A model generated the notes under the pieces. The model saw only the letters and a list, made by a program, of their open reading frames with translations, searched no databases and was not told the origin of the DNA. From NCBI RefSeq assembly GCF_963853765.1, contig NC_088862.1, positions 15,190,001 to 15,254,000 on the forward strand: a stretch of 64,000 nt of DNA, read 5' to 3'. Each line of letters opens with the position of its first letter. The stretch's first letter is position 1. Position numbers and translations under genes: made by a program. This document shows positions 1 to 11,900 of this stretch, piece by piece. This DNA comes from Magallana gigas. Its lineage: Eukaryota.

Positions 1-1939
1 ATTATATAAGTGTGCTTGGGCTATATTTACCATATACTTCTGAGGAATTGTACCTAGTGAATTATGTTGTATGAAATAACTAATATTTAGTTTCTTTTAA
101 AAGAAATGTTAGAAAAGATATGACATACAAAGAAAAATTATTTTTCTTGAAGTCTTTCAACAAATTATTACATATATAAAGTTCAGCAACCGATTAAAAT
201 GTATAATTGTATCTCGTCCATTAACGGACACTCTGCATAAATTGACATTTTTTTAACATACAAATGTTTTATGAAATAAAATACGTGTTATTTCTAGACC
301 AGTCTTCTTCTTTTTCTTTCAAACTCACAGAAGGAAAATTGTAGTAAAAATATCAAAGGTTATGCAAAAAATATGTGAAATTCATAAACACACCATCAAT
401 TTGTGATCACATGGCATGTCATGCCTGAACGACGTAACGTTACATTACGTCATATAAAACATTATGTTAAATTAAGAAAGAACTAAGAGAACATGAAAGT
501 CTTGAGAATGACCAAATAAAATCTTTGATGGAATTGTTAATTATCAATTCATATTAATCCATCAATACATGGCTGTAATAATCGTATCATATATATGCGC
601 CCTTGTTAAAATCAGTGTGCTAAAATTTAAACAGCATCAAGGTCTGCAACTTAATTGCGTGAGTTTGGTCTGCGCATCTCGACCGGAAGATATCAAAGTT
701 TGCTTTATGCACAACAAAAAATATCTATACATGTAAACCATAATTGTTCATTTAGGAATGAAATCTCTCAATAATAATAAGATTTTGTTTTAAACCAGCG
801 TAGTTTGAAACTTAGGTCACTTCCGGTCGAGATTAGGAGCATACAATGGCGGCGAATTGAAATTTGTTCACTTTACTGTATGGATATGAATTTATGATGA
901 GATAAAATATATAACATGAAATTTGGAGGTCTTTGTTTAGAGTCGCATGTATGATCATTCAAGTTCAACAAAGAGGCAAAAAAAAAAAAACCCAAAGTAT
1001 CAGAAGCATAATTATGAAATACATGTACGGGAGCACGGTTTGGAGGAAAGTATAGATTTTCTTAAGAACGATTTAGTGAGTGATGCTCATATGTAATATA
1101 AGCAGCCATTTTTATGACATGAATATGGACAGAAATCATTCAATGCGGCTTGTGACATTCTAAGACGAGAACTTGGCAGCTTTAGATGAGAATCTGATGG
1201 ATATATATAATATTGTACACAGAAACACCGCATTGGTTTGACGTTAATGTATTCGATCCTCAGGTGACCAATCTCAGTCAATCATAATTCCATAATGCTA
1301 GCGAGAATAAGGATTAACATCTGATATAAGCAAATCTGCATTTGTTATATCAATGTGACTTTTTAATTATGGTGACATTTGCTTGATATACATTACATGT
1401 AAAAGTATATTATGTCGTTTTTAACGGTATTTTCGCGATGTTGAAAACCTGACCCAAATTTTGTCAGCATGACTTGATATATGAAAAAGAATTTTAAATA
1501 ATAAAAAAATTGGCAATTTTATGATCAATATTAACGAGGTTCTAGCCTTTGAAAGTAAATAACGGCGATTTACATATGCATATTAGTTGTTTGATTGAAT
1601 ATTGACAGGACTTTGTGCTGTTAACAAAAAATTACCAGATATTGCAATCTGCATTTTATGAGGAGGGTTGCGTATCAGTGTCGATGACAATCGGCGAGAG
1701 CTCTTTTGCAATTGACATTTTCATACATTTGAAAACATATATAGATGATTATAAAATAGAGCATAAAATTTTATATCCCTTCTGGAACCCCTTGACTCAA
1801 AACATAATTATACCACTTATAGATTTTAAGTATTCGATGGATAACTATACAAATTTTATCATATTCAGATTAGTCCCATACACATTTCTTCTTTTCTTTT
1901 ATGAGTAAACATCTTATTAAAAAAAGAAAGCACACTGCT

Positions 1940-2387
1940 GTGTGACCCACCTGTCTATAGCGAGAAGCCTGCAAGCTTATAATTAAACATGAAGTTTCTA
2001 ACACATACCCACCGCTCAAAGTGGTCTCCAATATAGATTCTGATTTTAAAACGTTCTCTGTCAAACTGTTTCGCTACAGTAACTTCGTTTTTCCCCGAAC
2101 GCGTTATCCCATTGCCAACAGACCAACCACGTTTTCGCGTCGACATCTTGACGTGTACATTCTAAGATTAGCTTGTCACATCACGTGCTTATGAATATTC
2201 AAAGTTGGGTGTTTACTGACCGACTCGGTCAGTAAAAATAAATCAATTATAATTGATATTTAATACTTTTAAGATGCATTTGATGACTTTGATCTAAACT
2301 GTATCAATAATTTTGTTTTGTAGCTTAATGGAAAAAGGCAAACTTTTCTTTTAAAATTTTCATTTCAAACGGCATATATATACCTTT
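1940..2387 (-). mobile_element. Degenerate Kolobok-like DNA transposon end with accessory-ORF remnant; other terminus not found
   Basis: Minus ORF 1955..2146 reads MSTRKRG...DRERFKIRIYIGDHFERW, with LAGF(L)LDR after a frameshift. It matches the remnant MATRKIG...KIVIGDHVEKW in the TTAA-flanked element at 54260-55249. CAAACGGCATATATATACCT|TTCA at ~2366-2389 resembles that element's right TIR. Family assignment is inference. Confidence 0.5.
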
Positions 2388-3603
2388 CAGATAACATGTT
2401 TGTTACACCAAGATTGATGATTTGATCGAATGAACATAATGAATTTAAAGATCTTTTTAAAGCACTACAGTATTTATAACGAGTTGAAGGACTGGTTGAT
2501 TTAGTTCAGCATTAGTTTAATTTAATGAACTCTCTCCTTTAATTAAAAAGAATACAGCCTCGATCTGCTGTCTGGTCGACATCCTCACAAATCTAGAAAT
2601 ATCAGACTTATATTAAGTGAATGTTTGTACATAAGTCGATAATAATTAAGCTGTTGATATTTATTTACTTTTGTGCCTCGGTAACTATATAGTACATGTA
2701 TTATGCATACCTACTTGAAGACTCAACTGTTAATTCTAGAATTATATTTATCCCTGTCAGCTGCCGAGAATTATTTCATTTCTAAAATATAAATGATAAA
2801 GTGAGAGAGAAAAATTACTACAGGCCTTGTTTATTTTGTATAATAATGTAATTTTGCGAGACTTACATTGCAGAATGTAGGTGAAGGAGGATATCTTCAA
2901 GAATTTTTTTGTGTTGGAATAATTCATCTTTGAATTTTCTTAATCTGTCAGAGGGTCCCATCTACCTCCTCAAACCCCACGCCATATCATTCCCCTATCA
3001 ACATCTAGATCCGCTCCTGAATAACGAAAGCAGATCGAGGCCCATAACTGCAAAGTGTATATTAACTAAGTAAGCTAATTAGTCTGATCTTGACAGATTT
3101 TCATCAAGAAAACAATTAGACGTGGACGCCTGGCATGAATAGTTTTAGCATATTAAATAACTTTTCTACCAGAAGAGAGTGTGGGGTACATGTAAGTATG
3201 TAAGTCTCGATAGATTATTAGGGTTGCCTGGGCGAGAGAGGGTGACAGAGGTTTTTTGTGGTAATTTTACGATGTGAATTTAATTAATTTTAATTTTTCT
3301 ACCCCCCCCCCCAACATAATCGCATGCTCGTTAAGTTAAGAACTGATAATCATACTATTAAAAAATGTATGTAAAAAATAACGTAAATGATAGTCAAATA
3401 TTGAGTGTTGTGTTTTTCTAAGAAGAACGAAAAAAATATTTGATTATTGTTTATTTCATTAATGAACATATTCTTTTAATATCGCCTTAAAAAAAAAATA
3501 AATGTATTAAGGCCTAAAAATTATAAACCACTGTACATATGTACTAGGCACTTTTGTACTTTTCTTATACCTTGTATAATATTTTGTTCTTCGGAATATC
3601 CTT

Positions 3604-3722
3604 ATTGCATCACGTCTCCCCGAAAGTCCAAATAAGGTCAACTTATCCACTCGATGATCTGATTGGCCACAAAGTGATACCACATAGTAACCAACAGCGA
3701 TGTGATGCCGTAATTACGTAAT
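3604..3722 (+). promoter_or_regulatory. Putative promoter of the orphan peptide gene with bZIP sites
   Basis: ATTGCATCA at 3604-3612 (C/EBP-ATF composite/AARE consensus), ATTGG at 3662-3666 (reverse CCAAT box) and palindrome ATTACGTAAT at 3713-3722 (PAR-bZIP/NFIL3 consensus), all upstream of the 3804 donor. Confidence 0.4.
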
Positions 3723-4018
3723 GGGACATACAAATAAAAGTACCCTGGGTATCATTGGTGAACTGTGCTTGAAAATTCTGAAAGCAGTCTTGAGATAATA
3801 AAGGTGAGTCTCTGTCTCTGTCTCTCTCTCTCTCCCCTATAAGCTACCTACAGTTTTTCAAACCGCTGTTTTGTTTGTATGTCTGTCTCTAATTTTCTAA
3901 TAAATATAAAAATCGCAGATTTGCGTGCACAGCGATGGTGAACGTATGTAAATATGTACATGTATGCGATTTCTTTTTACAAATGAATTTCTACTCTTAC
4001 CATTTTAGATTTAGGACA

Positions 4019-4240
4019 ATGAAGTTTCTTCCGTTCTGTCTCGTTTTCGCTTTTCTACTGATGACGTCAACGGTACTCGGAGAGTCCGAGACTTTGAGAG
4101 AAACGGACAAAACGAGGCATTATACCAGCAGAGTATACAAACTTTATCATACTTACTTGAAAGATGTTGCTAGCAAGAATCGATTCCAGAAATATCAATC
4201 GAAGCCGGTAATAAAAGAACACGAGCAGCCATTGTTCTAG
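4019..4240 (+). CDS. Orphan small secreted protein, 73 aa (21-aa signal peptide + 52-aa mature peptide)
   Basis: ATG at 4019 just after acceptor CATTTTAG (4001-4008). Reads MKFLPFCLVFAFLLMTSTVLG|ESETLRETDKTRHYTSRVYKLYHTYLKDVASKNRFQKYQSKPVIKEHEQPLF*. Canonical donor AAG|GTGAGT at 3803/3804 implies a non-coding first exon. No family recognised. Confidence 0.65.
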   Translation: MKFLPFCLVFAFLLMTSTVLGESETLRETDKTRHYTSRVYKLYHTYLKDVASKNRFQKYQSKPVIKEHEQPLF

Positions 4241-5539
4241 ATTTTCAAGCTGCAAGTTGCGTTGAAACGATTTCAAGTTATTTTCTTGTGGCCAATATAT
4301 GTGCAAAATTATATTGTTGTGTATAGTATATTAAATCAATACAGCTGTGTTGCACAATACACGATTTATTCTGATTGTTTTCTTTTGCCTCTCTATTTTT
4401 TACTAACAGAACGGTTTATTCAATTATTTTTCGTATCGAAAACAGTTCTAGCAATATTGCTTTCTGAATTTTTGGTTAAATATAATGTCTGATGTAGTAA
4501 ACATGTTATTTTGGGATTTTAGCAATTTTGGTGCCTCTCAGTGAGAAATATTGAAACAACGACCACATGCATATTGTTTGTAATTTCATGCAGGTGCGTA
4601 GCGTCGTTTTTGAAAAAGGGGGGGGGGGGGGGCAGACTCATCCAAAAAATCTTGTCAAGCAAATAGAAACAAAAATGGATTGAGTGGGCTTGATGGTCAA
4701 CAGTTACCCCCATATCTTTCTTAAATTTCTTATATTTACATTTAGAACCATTTTAACAAGAGCTTGGACTTTCGGTAGTTGTGACAAACAGCAATGTGAC
4801 GTAGGCCTATTTCATTGCTGACAACTCAGCCATGTCTCTGACTTTGAAATCAACATGATTTGTCAGGCTTTTTAGCTAAGACTACGCGATCGGTGCATAT
4901 TTCGCTTGAAACCGCGTCATTTTTAACTTGTCTTGATGCAAGAAATAGCTACTTTATATCCTACTGAAAGTCCAAGGCCTTGTTAAAATGGTTCTAGCTA
5001 TTATAAACTATACTGTTAGAAAAAGAAAATTTGAAACATTTTTGCGTTAATTTTCGAATATTTTTTCTATATCTACATAGAGTTATAATACAGAGCTTTT
5101 CTTTTCTATGAGATTACATGTAGTATGTAGTATTCGAAAAATTGTCGCGATCATCCTTTTAAACACAAAGTTCTGCAGTTGACAGCAGGATTTGGGTGTC
5201 CATGCAAGCTAAGGTTGGAGCGTAAACTCTCGATAGAGAAACTGAATGGGGAGGAATTTTCCCTAGGGGTCGGACACCCAAGCTCAAGCAACGGTGCAAA
5301 AGTTGAACCTTTCCATAATAAAAATATGAAAATGTTAATCTTCTGACAAAAATACTTTTTAATGGGCATAATTGAAAACTAGGAAATTAAATTTAAGAGT
5401 TTTTAGCTCAAATCCAGACAATGCCACTTTGAGGAAAAGGTTCAAATAAAAGCATGCGGAAGCAATTCTAGTACCTAAAAAATTCGAGTATGGTACAAGT
5501 ACTTTCAAAGATAACTTTTTCAAAATTATTTAGATGCTG

Positions 5540-5725
5540 TAAATGATATTTACCTTGTCAAAATGACCTTGGGTCAAGGTTATGACACACCTTCAGGTCA
5601 TAAAAAATCTTTGTGTGAAGGATCAACTTCCAATGTTCATCCACAAGAACGATATAGACCAGACACAAATTTTTCACATACAGACGGACAACGTGATTCC
5701 TATATATACCCCCAGACTTTGTTTG
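5540..5725. mobile_element. Terminal fragment of a probable non-autonomous Helentron-like repeat
   Basis: TGACCTTGGGTCAAGG motif, CAGACGGACA tract and terminal imperfect hairpin CCCCAGACTTTGTTTGCAGGGG, an arrangement typical of bivalve HINE-type repeats. Other end not defined. Confidence 0.3.
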
Positions 5726-6122
5726 CAGGGGATTTAATTAACAATGTACATTAACTAATTCTCAAAAATAAAATTTGCAGGGGATTTTATTAATGTACAT
5801 TAACTGATTCTCAAAAAAGAAGTTTTATAATAATGACGCTATCAGGTATTTTATTTTGATCTTGCAAAGGGAAATAATTCATATCTAATTCATATATCAA
5901 GATATTCCCCCTTTCACTACAGCAACAACATCGATCAATGCTGCTGCATTTAAACTATTGAGGCAATGTTGCCTCAGAACCAATACATGAATTCTTTTCT
6001 TTTAATCAATTAAGGATCCTCGACACCCCATGACTTCTACTTTTTATGACAGTACCTCACAACATGGCGATTTTAGCATATTGTGACACAGTTTAGACCA
6101 CCATAATTTGTACAGTTATCTT

Positions 6123-6200
6123 TCTCTGTAGCGCAGTGGATTTTACTTCGGTCTACCAGCCCCCAGGTCCCGAGTTCGAATACTGCAGGGGTTTTTATTT
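6123..6200 (+). other. tRNA-derived fragment (SINE head or tRNA pseudogene)
   Basis: A-box-like TAGCGCAGTGG (6129-6139), B-box-like GTTCGAATAC (6174-6183), weak acceptor pairing TCTCTG/CAGGGG and a following T-run. Anticodon and T stems do not pair. Confidence 0.4.
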
Positions 6201-6478
6201 TCATAAACAGTGGTAAAATTTTAAAAGTTGATTTTTTCCCCCAAAAAGTGAGATTTTTTGGTTCATTTTTAAGTCAAACGCATGCTAAAAATTCAAATCT
6301 TTAAGTAATTGAACAGAATGGGCTTGTAGGCAAAACTTTTCCCAGGTGTGTGGAGGACCCTTAATGGATATATAAAAGCACAAGTTTTAATCTTTGAGAA
6401 TTTAATCAACACAGCTCTGCAGCCTTTTATTCTGAGTTCTTTTCCCTTGGGATCATAAATGACCATTTCTGTCCCTTT

Positions 6479-7830
6479 CTACTCCTTTTTCCCTTTCCAC
6501 TTGTCTTGTTCTTCAAGTTCTCTGTGTGTTCCATCACAGAATGGCTGATTCTTCGTCTGTTTACAATTACACAAGAAATATGTCTTTTCTTCTTCCACCC
6601 GAAAAACCAAAGGTTTGAATTTGACTTTTGTCCAGTTCCGGTCAGCTAATGTCTTGTGTGTTCCATCACAAAGGGGCTGAAACAAAAAAAACTTCATTTT
6701 AATCATACAATTTATTTTTTTAAATCATGATAACAATTTACTGAGGGATTTAACTATTATTTTTCATATACTATTGATGCTATTATGTTTAGGTTAAGTC
6801 ATCCATCAATAAAATAAAGGCTATGCCTGTCCACTTTTTTATATCATTACAAATACAATAGATCATAGAAGCTTTAGAGTTGAACAACCACCTTTGACAA
6901 TCATAAATATGGAAGAAATGTCATCTATCTAATACATAGAGTTGTCAACTTCAAATAAATAGAACTCAAATTGTACAAAACATTGGAATGCAACCAGCTG
7001 TAATTGATTTTTGAACCAACAATAAAAATTAAAAAGAAATCATCTACCATCCATACCAAATTAATACATCAGTTAAATATTATTGTCCATAGATGAGATT
7101 TATATATGGTTGAACATGTGTGTTTATATACATTTCGTACAAAATCCCAAAACATTGATGCCAGCAAAAATTAATGAAACCTCAGTATTGAACGTGTAAC
7201 TAGTGCTGCTAATTTGCAAACCTGTGAGTGTGAGTAACCACAGGAACACCAGTGGTAATTCTTTCCAGGCCTCAGTTCAACTTTTGCTGGCTTCTTCTCA
7301 TACACCTTCCCTTTCACACCCAACACTTGATTCTCATACTCTTTTAATACTTCAGATTCTGGGTCGAAGCCTTTTCTGAAATATCTGTGACGAACTGCTA
7401 CCAGACACTGCAAGAGTTTGTAATGTATGATTATCATCACAACCTTTATATTAAAAAATAATTAAATGCATGTACTTTTTGCCTTCCTTCTTCGTGACCA
7501 CACCTTTACTATAAAATACACAGGTAGGTAAATAAAGCTATGTAAGCAAATCAAGCCACGTTGCTAAATCTAGTGATCAATTGTTCTGGGCCTGTTTGTT
7601 TCAGGCGAATAACACATAACTTGCCTAACAGAAAAAACTTTTAGACAGGTTAGGTTATTACATGAGACAGACTAAGTTAATGGCTGTCATTCGTCGTTAT
7701 TTATCAAATTTGTTAAATGAACATGCATGCGATAAATATCACGATACATTTTCGTATACTTTACCGTCTGGTTTTGTCGAATAAACGAAATATTTTTCAA
7801 GGACGATAAATGTTTCATGGAGAGCGCCAT
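6479..7830 (-). CDS. CISD3: CDGSH iron-sulfur domain-containing protein 3 (MiNT), mitochondrial, 149 aa
   Basis: Exons 7830-7765, 7407-7222 and 6676-6479 (450 nt, GT-AG, all phase 0). Basic N-terminal presequence MALSMKHLSSLKNISFIRQNQT. Two CDGSH motifs: WCSCGYSHSQPLCDGTH and LCNCKQTKNQPFCDGTH. Confidence 0.95.
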
Positions 7831-8106
7831 CTTTATAGTCCCGCAGCTAAAACAAACAAAATAAAGTCTGATTTATAAAAATCATTAAGCACTACATTTA
7901 AATCTAAGATATTTCTTATATGATTAGTTATTGAATTTTTAAGTTATTTAAAAAATACTATTTGTTTACATTCCCGGACTGGCGACCAGTTTATTTACCC
8001 CGTGACTATTTTGTTACTAACTTGACTTAGCGACCGGCATAGTAACGGTGAATTTAGGTGATCGAAAAAGCCTTTTCCCTAGTGTGTGTTCTACAACGGA
8101 GGAAAT
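7831..8106. promoter_or_regulatory. Bidirectional promoter between CISD3 and SPAG6
   Basis: 276 bp between divergent ATGs. RFX-like half-sites GTTACTAA (8013-8020), TTAGCGAC (8027-8034) and CATAGTAAC (8038-8046). YY1-like AAGATGGCG overlaps the CISD3 start codon. Confidence 0.7.
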
Positions 8107-8910
8107 ATGAGTCAAAGACAAGTTTTGCAAGGTAAATTGATAGTTTATATATGCATGTTTATTCTGATTTTACGCCATATCTTAAATATCTGTAAATTCA
8201 AAATTGAAAAAAAAAAATACTTTATAGAGTTTCTCTCAACATGATTTAGTTTGTCATCAGTTTTGATTGACAAAACTATACCTTAAATTAAAACAAAAGA
8301 GTTTTTGTTCTGTTAGTTATACTCTTTTGGAGGTAGATAAAATCATATTTCATGAAAAGCATGAATTCATATATATGATTATATCATTTTTTTTTTTACC
8401 ATGAAAACAACGGACTTTTCTGTTGATATATACGATAACATTACCTGCTTTGTAATATACATTGTATTTCAGTTATTGACATAAGCTGTTTCAAATTTGT
8501 ATGATCTAAGCCTTTTGCAAAAACAATTGTTTGAACTATCTTAAAAATGCAGATCATTGATCATGCATGCATATATGTGACCATAAAAATAAGATTATTC
8601 TCTCCAATAAAACCAAACAACTATATTCCCCGTCTTTCTTACAGTGTTTGAGCAGTATCAGAAGGCTAGAACTGGGTTTGTACAGACCGTAGCAGAGCTA
8701 GCCAGCAGGCCCCAGAACATTGAGACTCTTCAGAATGCTGGAGTTATGTCCCTTCTTCGACCGCTCCTCCTGGACATTGTGCCCACAATCCAGCAGACAG
8801 CTGCCCTCGCCCTCGGCAGACTGGCCAACTACAATGATGACCTGGCAGAAGCTGTTGTCAAAGGAGACATCCTTCCTCAGCTTGTTTATTCCTTGGCTGA
8901 ACAAAACGTA

Positions 8911-8988
<78 letters not shown>

Positions 8989-11900
8989 GATCTATAGTTC
9001 TATCTTCCTCCCAATTAACATTCATAACAACAGTACTTGCGTATACATGTATTAATATAGAATTTCAAAATAGAAAGAGAAAACCATTTTTTTTTACATT
9101 ATTATTTGGGTTTTTTGTTTTTTGGTGTTTTTTTTACACATTTAATTCTTTGATAAATACATCTAGATTTTCTTAGATTTAATCAGTGGTATTGAAAGCC
9201 CATATATTTTTATGCCACAGTATTTAAACTGCTTTATCTTGAAACATTTTGATTTGCATTTCAGAGATTCTACAAGAAGGCAGCAGCTTTCGTCCTGAGG
9301 GCGGTGGCTAAACACTCCCCTCAGCTGGCCCAGTCGGTGGTGGACTGTGGGGCTCTGGATGCCTTAGTGATTTGTCTGGAGGAGTTTGACCCCGGGGTCA
9401 AGGAATCGGCTGCCTGGGCGCTGGGATACATTGCTCGACACAATGCTGGTGAGTTCATGACAATGTTAATTAGGTCACTATATGCAAAGAAATTACATAT
9501 AAACGTACATTTAAGACCAAGGTATTCAGTATTGACTTTGTTATATGAAGACTGACAATGGATTACCAATGATTTTTTAAAACAAAATTTTGGAATGAAT
9601 ATATAAATTGTACGTTTAAGTTCTGTGCATGTTACTCATAGATTACATGTTTAGTTGTGACACTATATTATATGGCTGGTGCGTAAAATCGCGAGAAGCA
9701 TCCCTCGCGGATTTTAAAACCTCGCAATTACATTTTCTGAGAGTTCATACCTATTGTAAATATGGATAAATGTTCCGCTTTCACGATTTTATATTCTCGT
9801 CATTTGATACAAAACAGCGGGATCACGGAATCAAGTACTTGCGTAATGTAAGAAATATACAGTATTATTTGAACTGATATTCATGCATTCAATGATCCTT
9901 CTCTCTTCCCAGAGCTGGCCCAGGCTGTTGTAGATGCAGGAGCAGTCCCCCTCCTTGTTCTCTGTATACAGGAGCCAGAACTGTCCCTGAAGAGGATTGC
10001 TGCCTCGGCCCTCAGTGACATCTGTAAGCACTCCCCAGAGTTGGCCCAGACTGTGGTGGATGCTGGTGCAATAGCCCACCTGGCTCAGATGATCCTTAAT
10101 CCTGATGCTAAACTCAAGGTAGGTTAATCTCCAAAAGTCTCTTTCATTTTGGCCATGTTAAAATATAATATGGCCGGTAGATATTCTATATTTGATTGCA
10201 AGACTTGAAAAGGGGAATAACTCACTTTATGTCAATTTAGACTAGAAAAATGAAAACTGGGCCATTTTATTTTTTTTAAAATGGCAGTTAACTTAATGAA
10301 TGCAGCAGCATTTTCCTGGTGTAGCACCACTCAGATTTTTCCATAAACATATTTTTTGGCCTTACAGAGGAAAAGTTTTTTAAATAAATGTTGCTTCATG
10401 CATAATTAATATACATGTACTTATTCATTTTCTTCTTTAGCTTAAGAAAAAAATCCAGATATATGAAATTTTCAGAATATTCTGTATAATATTCTAAATT
10501 AGTTAATAGTAGATTTGAAGGTTGTTACATTTTAAGAAGTTGTATTTTGAATATAAGTTGTGCTAAGTTCATTTAATTTTTTTTTTCACTCCTTAGCGCC
10601 AAGTTTTCTCGGCACTGAGTCAGATTTCCAAACACTCTGTTGACCTGGCTGAGATGGTTGTTGAGGCAGAAATATTCCCCGCCGTACTGACGTGTCTGAA
10701 GGACCCTGATGAGTACGTCAAAAAGAATGTCGCCACATTGATCAGAGAAATCGCCAAACACACACCAGAGGTACAAAATCTCTTTAATTAAACAATATCT
10801 CTAATTAATTATTAGTAATAAGAATTGTCTCAAACTTTTAACATTAACTTTTAATTTAAAATTCCCTTATAGAAACAAATAGAAATAGAAGCTTTTATCA
10901 TAGAAAAGTCTGTAATGAACTTTATCTAAACATTTAAAAAAATTTTCTTACTGTAAGATTTTGAATTATTACAATTACATGTAATATGCATGGTTACATG
11001 TAATATAATTTTGTGTGTGTGTGTTACACAGTTAGCCCAGCTGATCGTGAATGCAGGAGGTGTAGCAGCTGTGGTGGATTATGTCGGAGAATCCAAGGGA
11101 AATATCCGTCTCCCAGGAATCATGATGTTAGGATACGTAGCTGCACACTCCGAAAACCTCGCCATGGCAGTCATTGTGTCAAAGGTAAAACAGAAAATCA
11201 AACTATACTAGTGATTATGTAAAGTAAGAAACAATCAATGCAACTTTGATTGATTCATACAAAAATTCAAAAAGGTATTAAATCCTGCTCTATTTGTGTA
11301 CTAAACTGCATATGGGTTCAGCAGTGTTCAATTCATCCAATTTCTTACCCTCCTCAGTACAAGTATATATAAATAGGAATTGATTTGAGAGGTAATTATG
11401 TACTGGTACTTTTGTTTTTATATATGAATGATGAGCAACCCTCACTTTTAATAAAATTTTGGTAAAAAAATTGCATAATAAACAGGAGACTTTACAGTAG
11501 CTTTGTTTTGTTGATAGGGTGTGGTGCAGCTTGCCATTGCTCTGTCGGAGGAACCAGAGGACCACATCCAGGCTGCCGCAGCTTGGGCGTTAGGACAGAT
11601 TGGTCGCCACACTCCCGAACACGCGAAGGCTGTTGCGGTGGCTAATGTATTACCCAAGCTCCTTCAGTGTTACCTCAGGGCAGATGCCTCAGAAGATCTT
11701 CAGACAAAGGTTAGTATCGAAGTCAAAATGTTCTGGGCAGAATAAATAGAGATCACAGCTAGAGTCATAGGCAGAACATGTAGAGGGTCAGGGCCAGAAC
11801 AAATAGGGTTTAGAGGGTCAAGGGCAAAACATATAAAGATTAGTGAGTCAAGGGTAGAACGTATAAAGTCAGAGGGTTAAGAGCAGATGCAGATATTTTC

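Noticed and set aside
847-1281. Gene starting at ATGGCGGCG (~847) or ORF 1087..1281
   Set aside because: Stop after four codons and no recognisable motif or exon structure. Probably decayed TE sequence.
6123-6191. Functional tRNA gene
   Set aside because: A and B boxes are present but the anticodon and T stems do not pair.
8644-8997. 117-aa ORF with an LSLSLS tail as a separate protein
   Set aside because: It is SPAG6 exon 2 read through the donor into a (TC)n tract.
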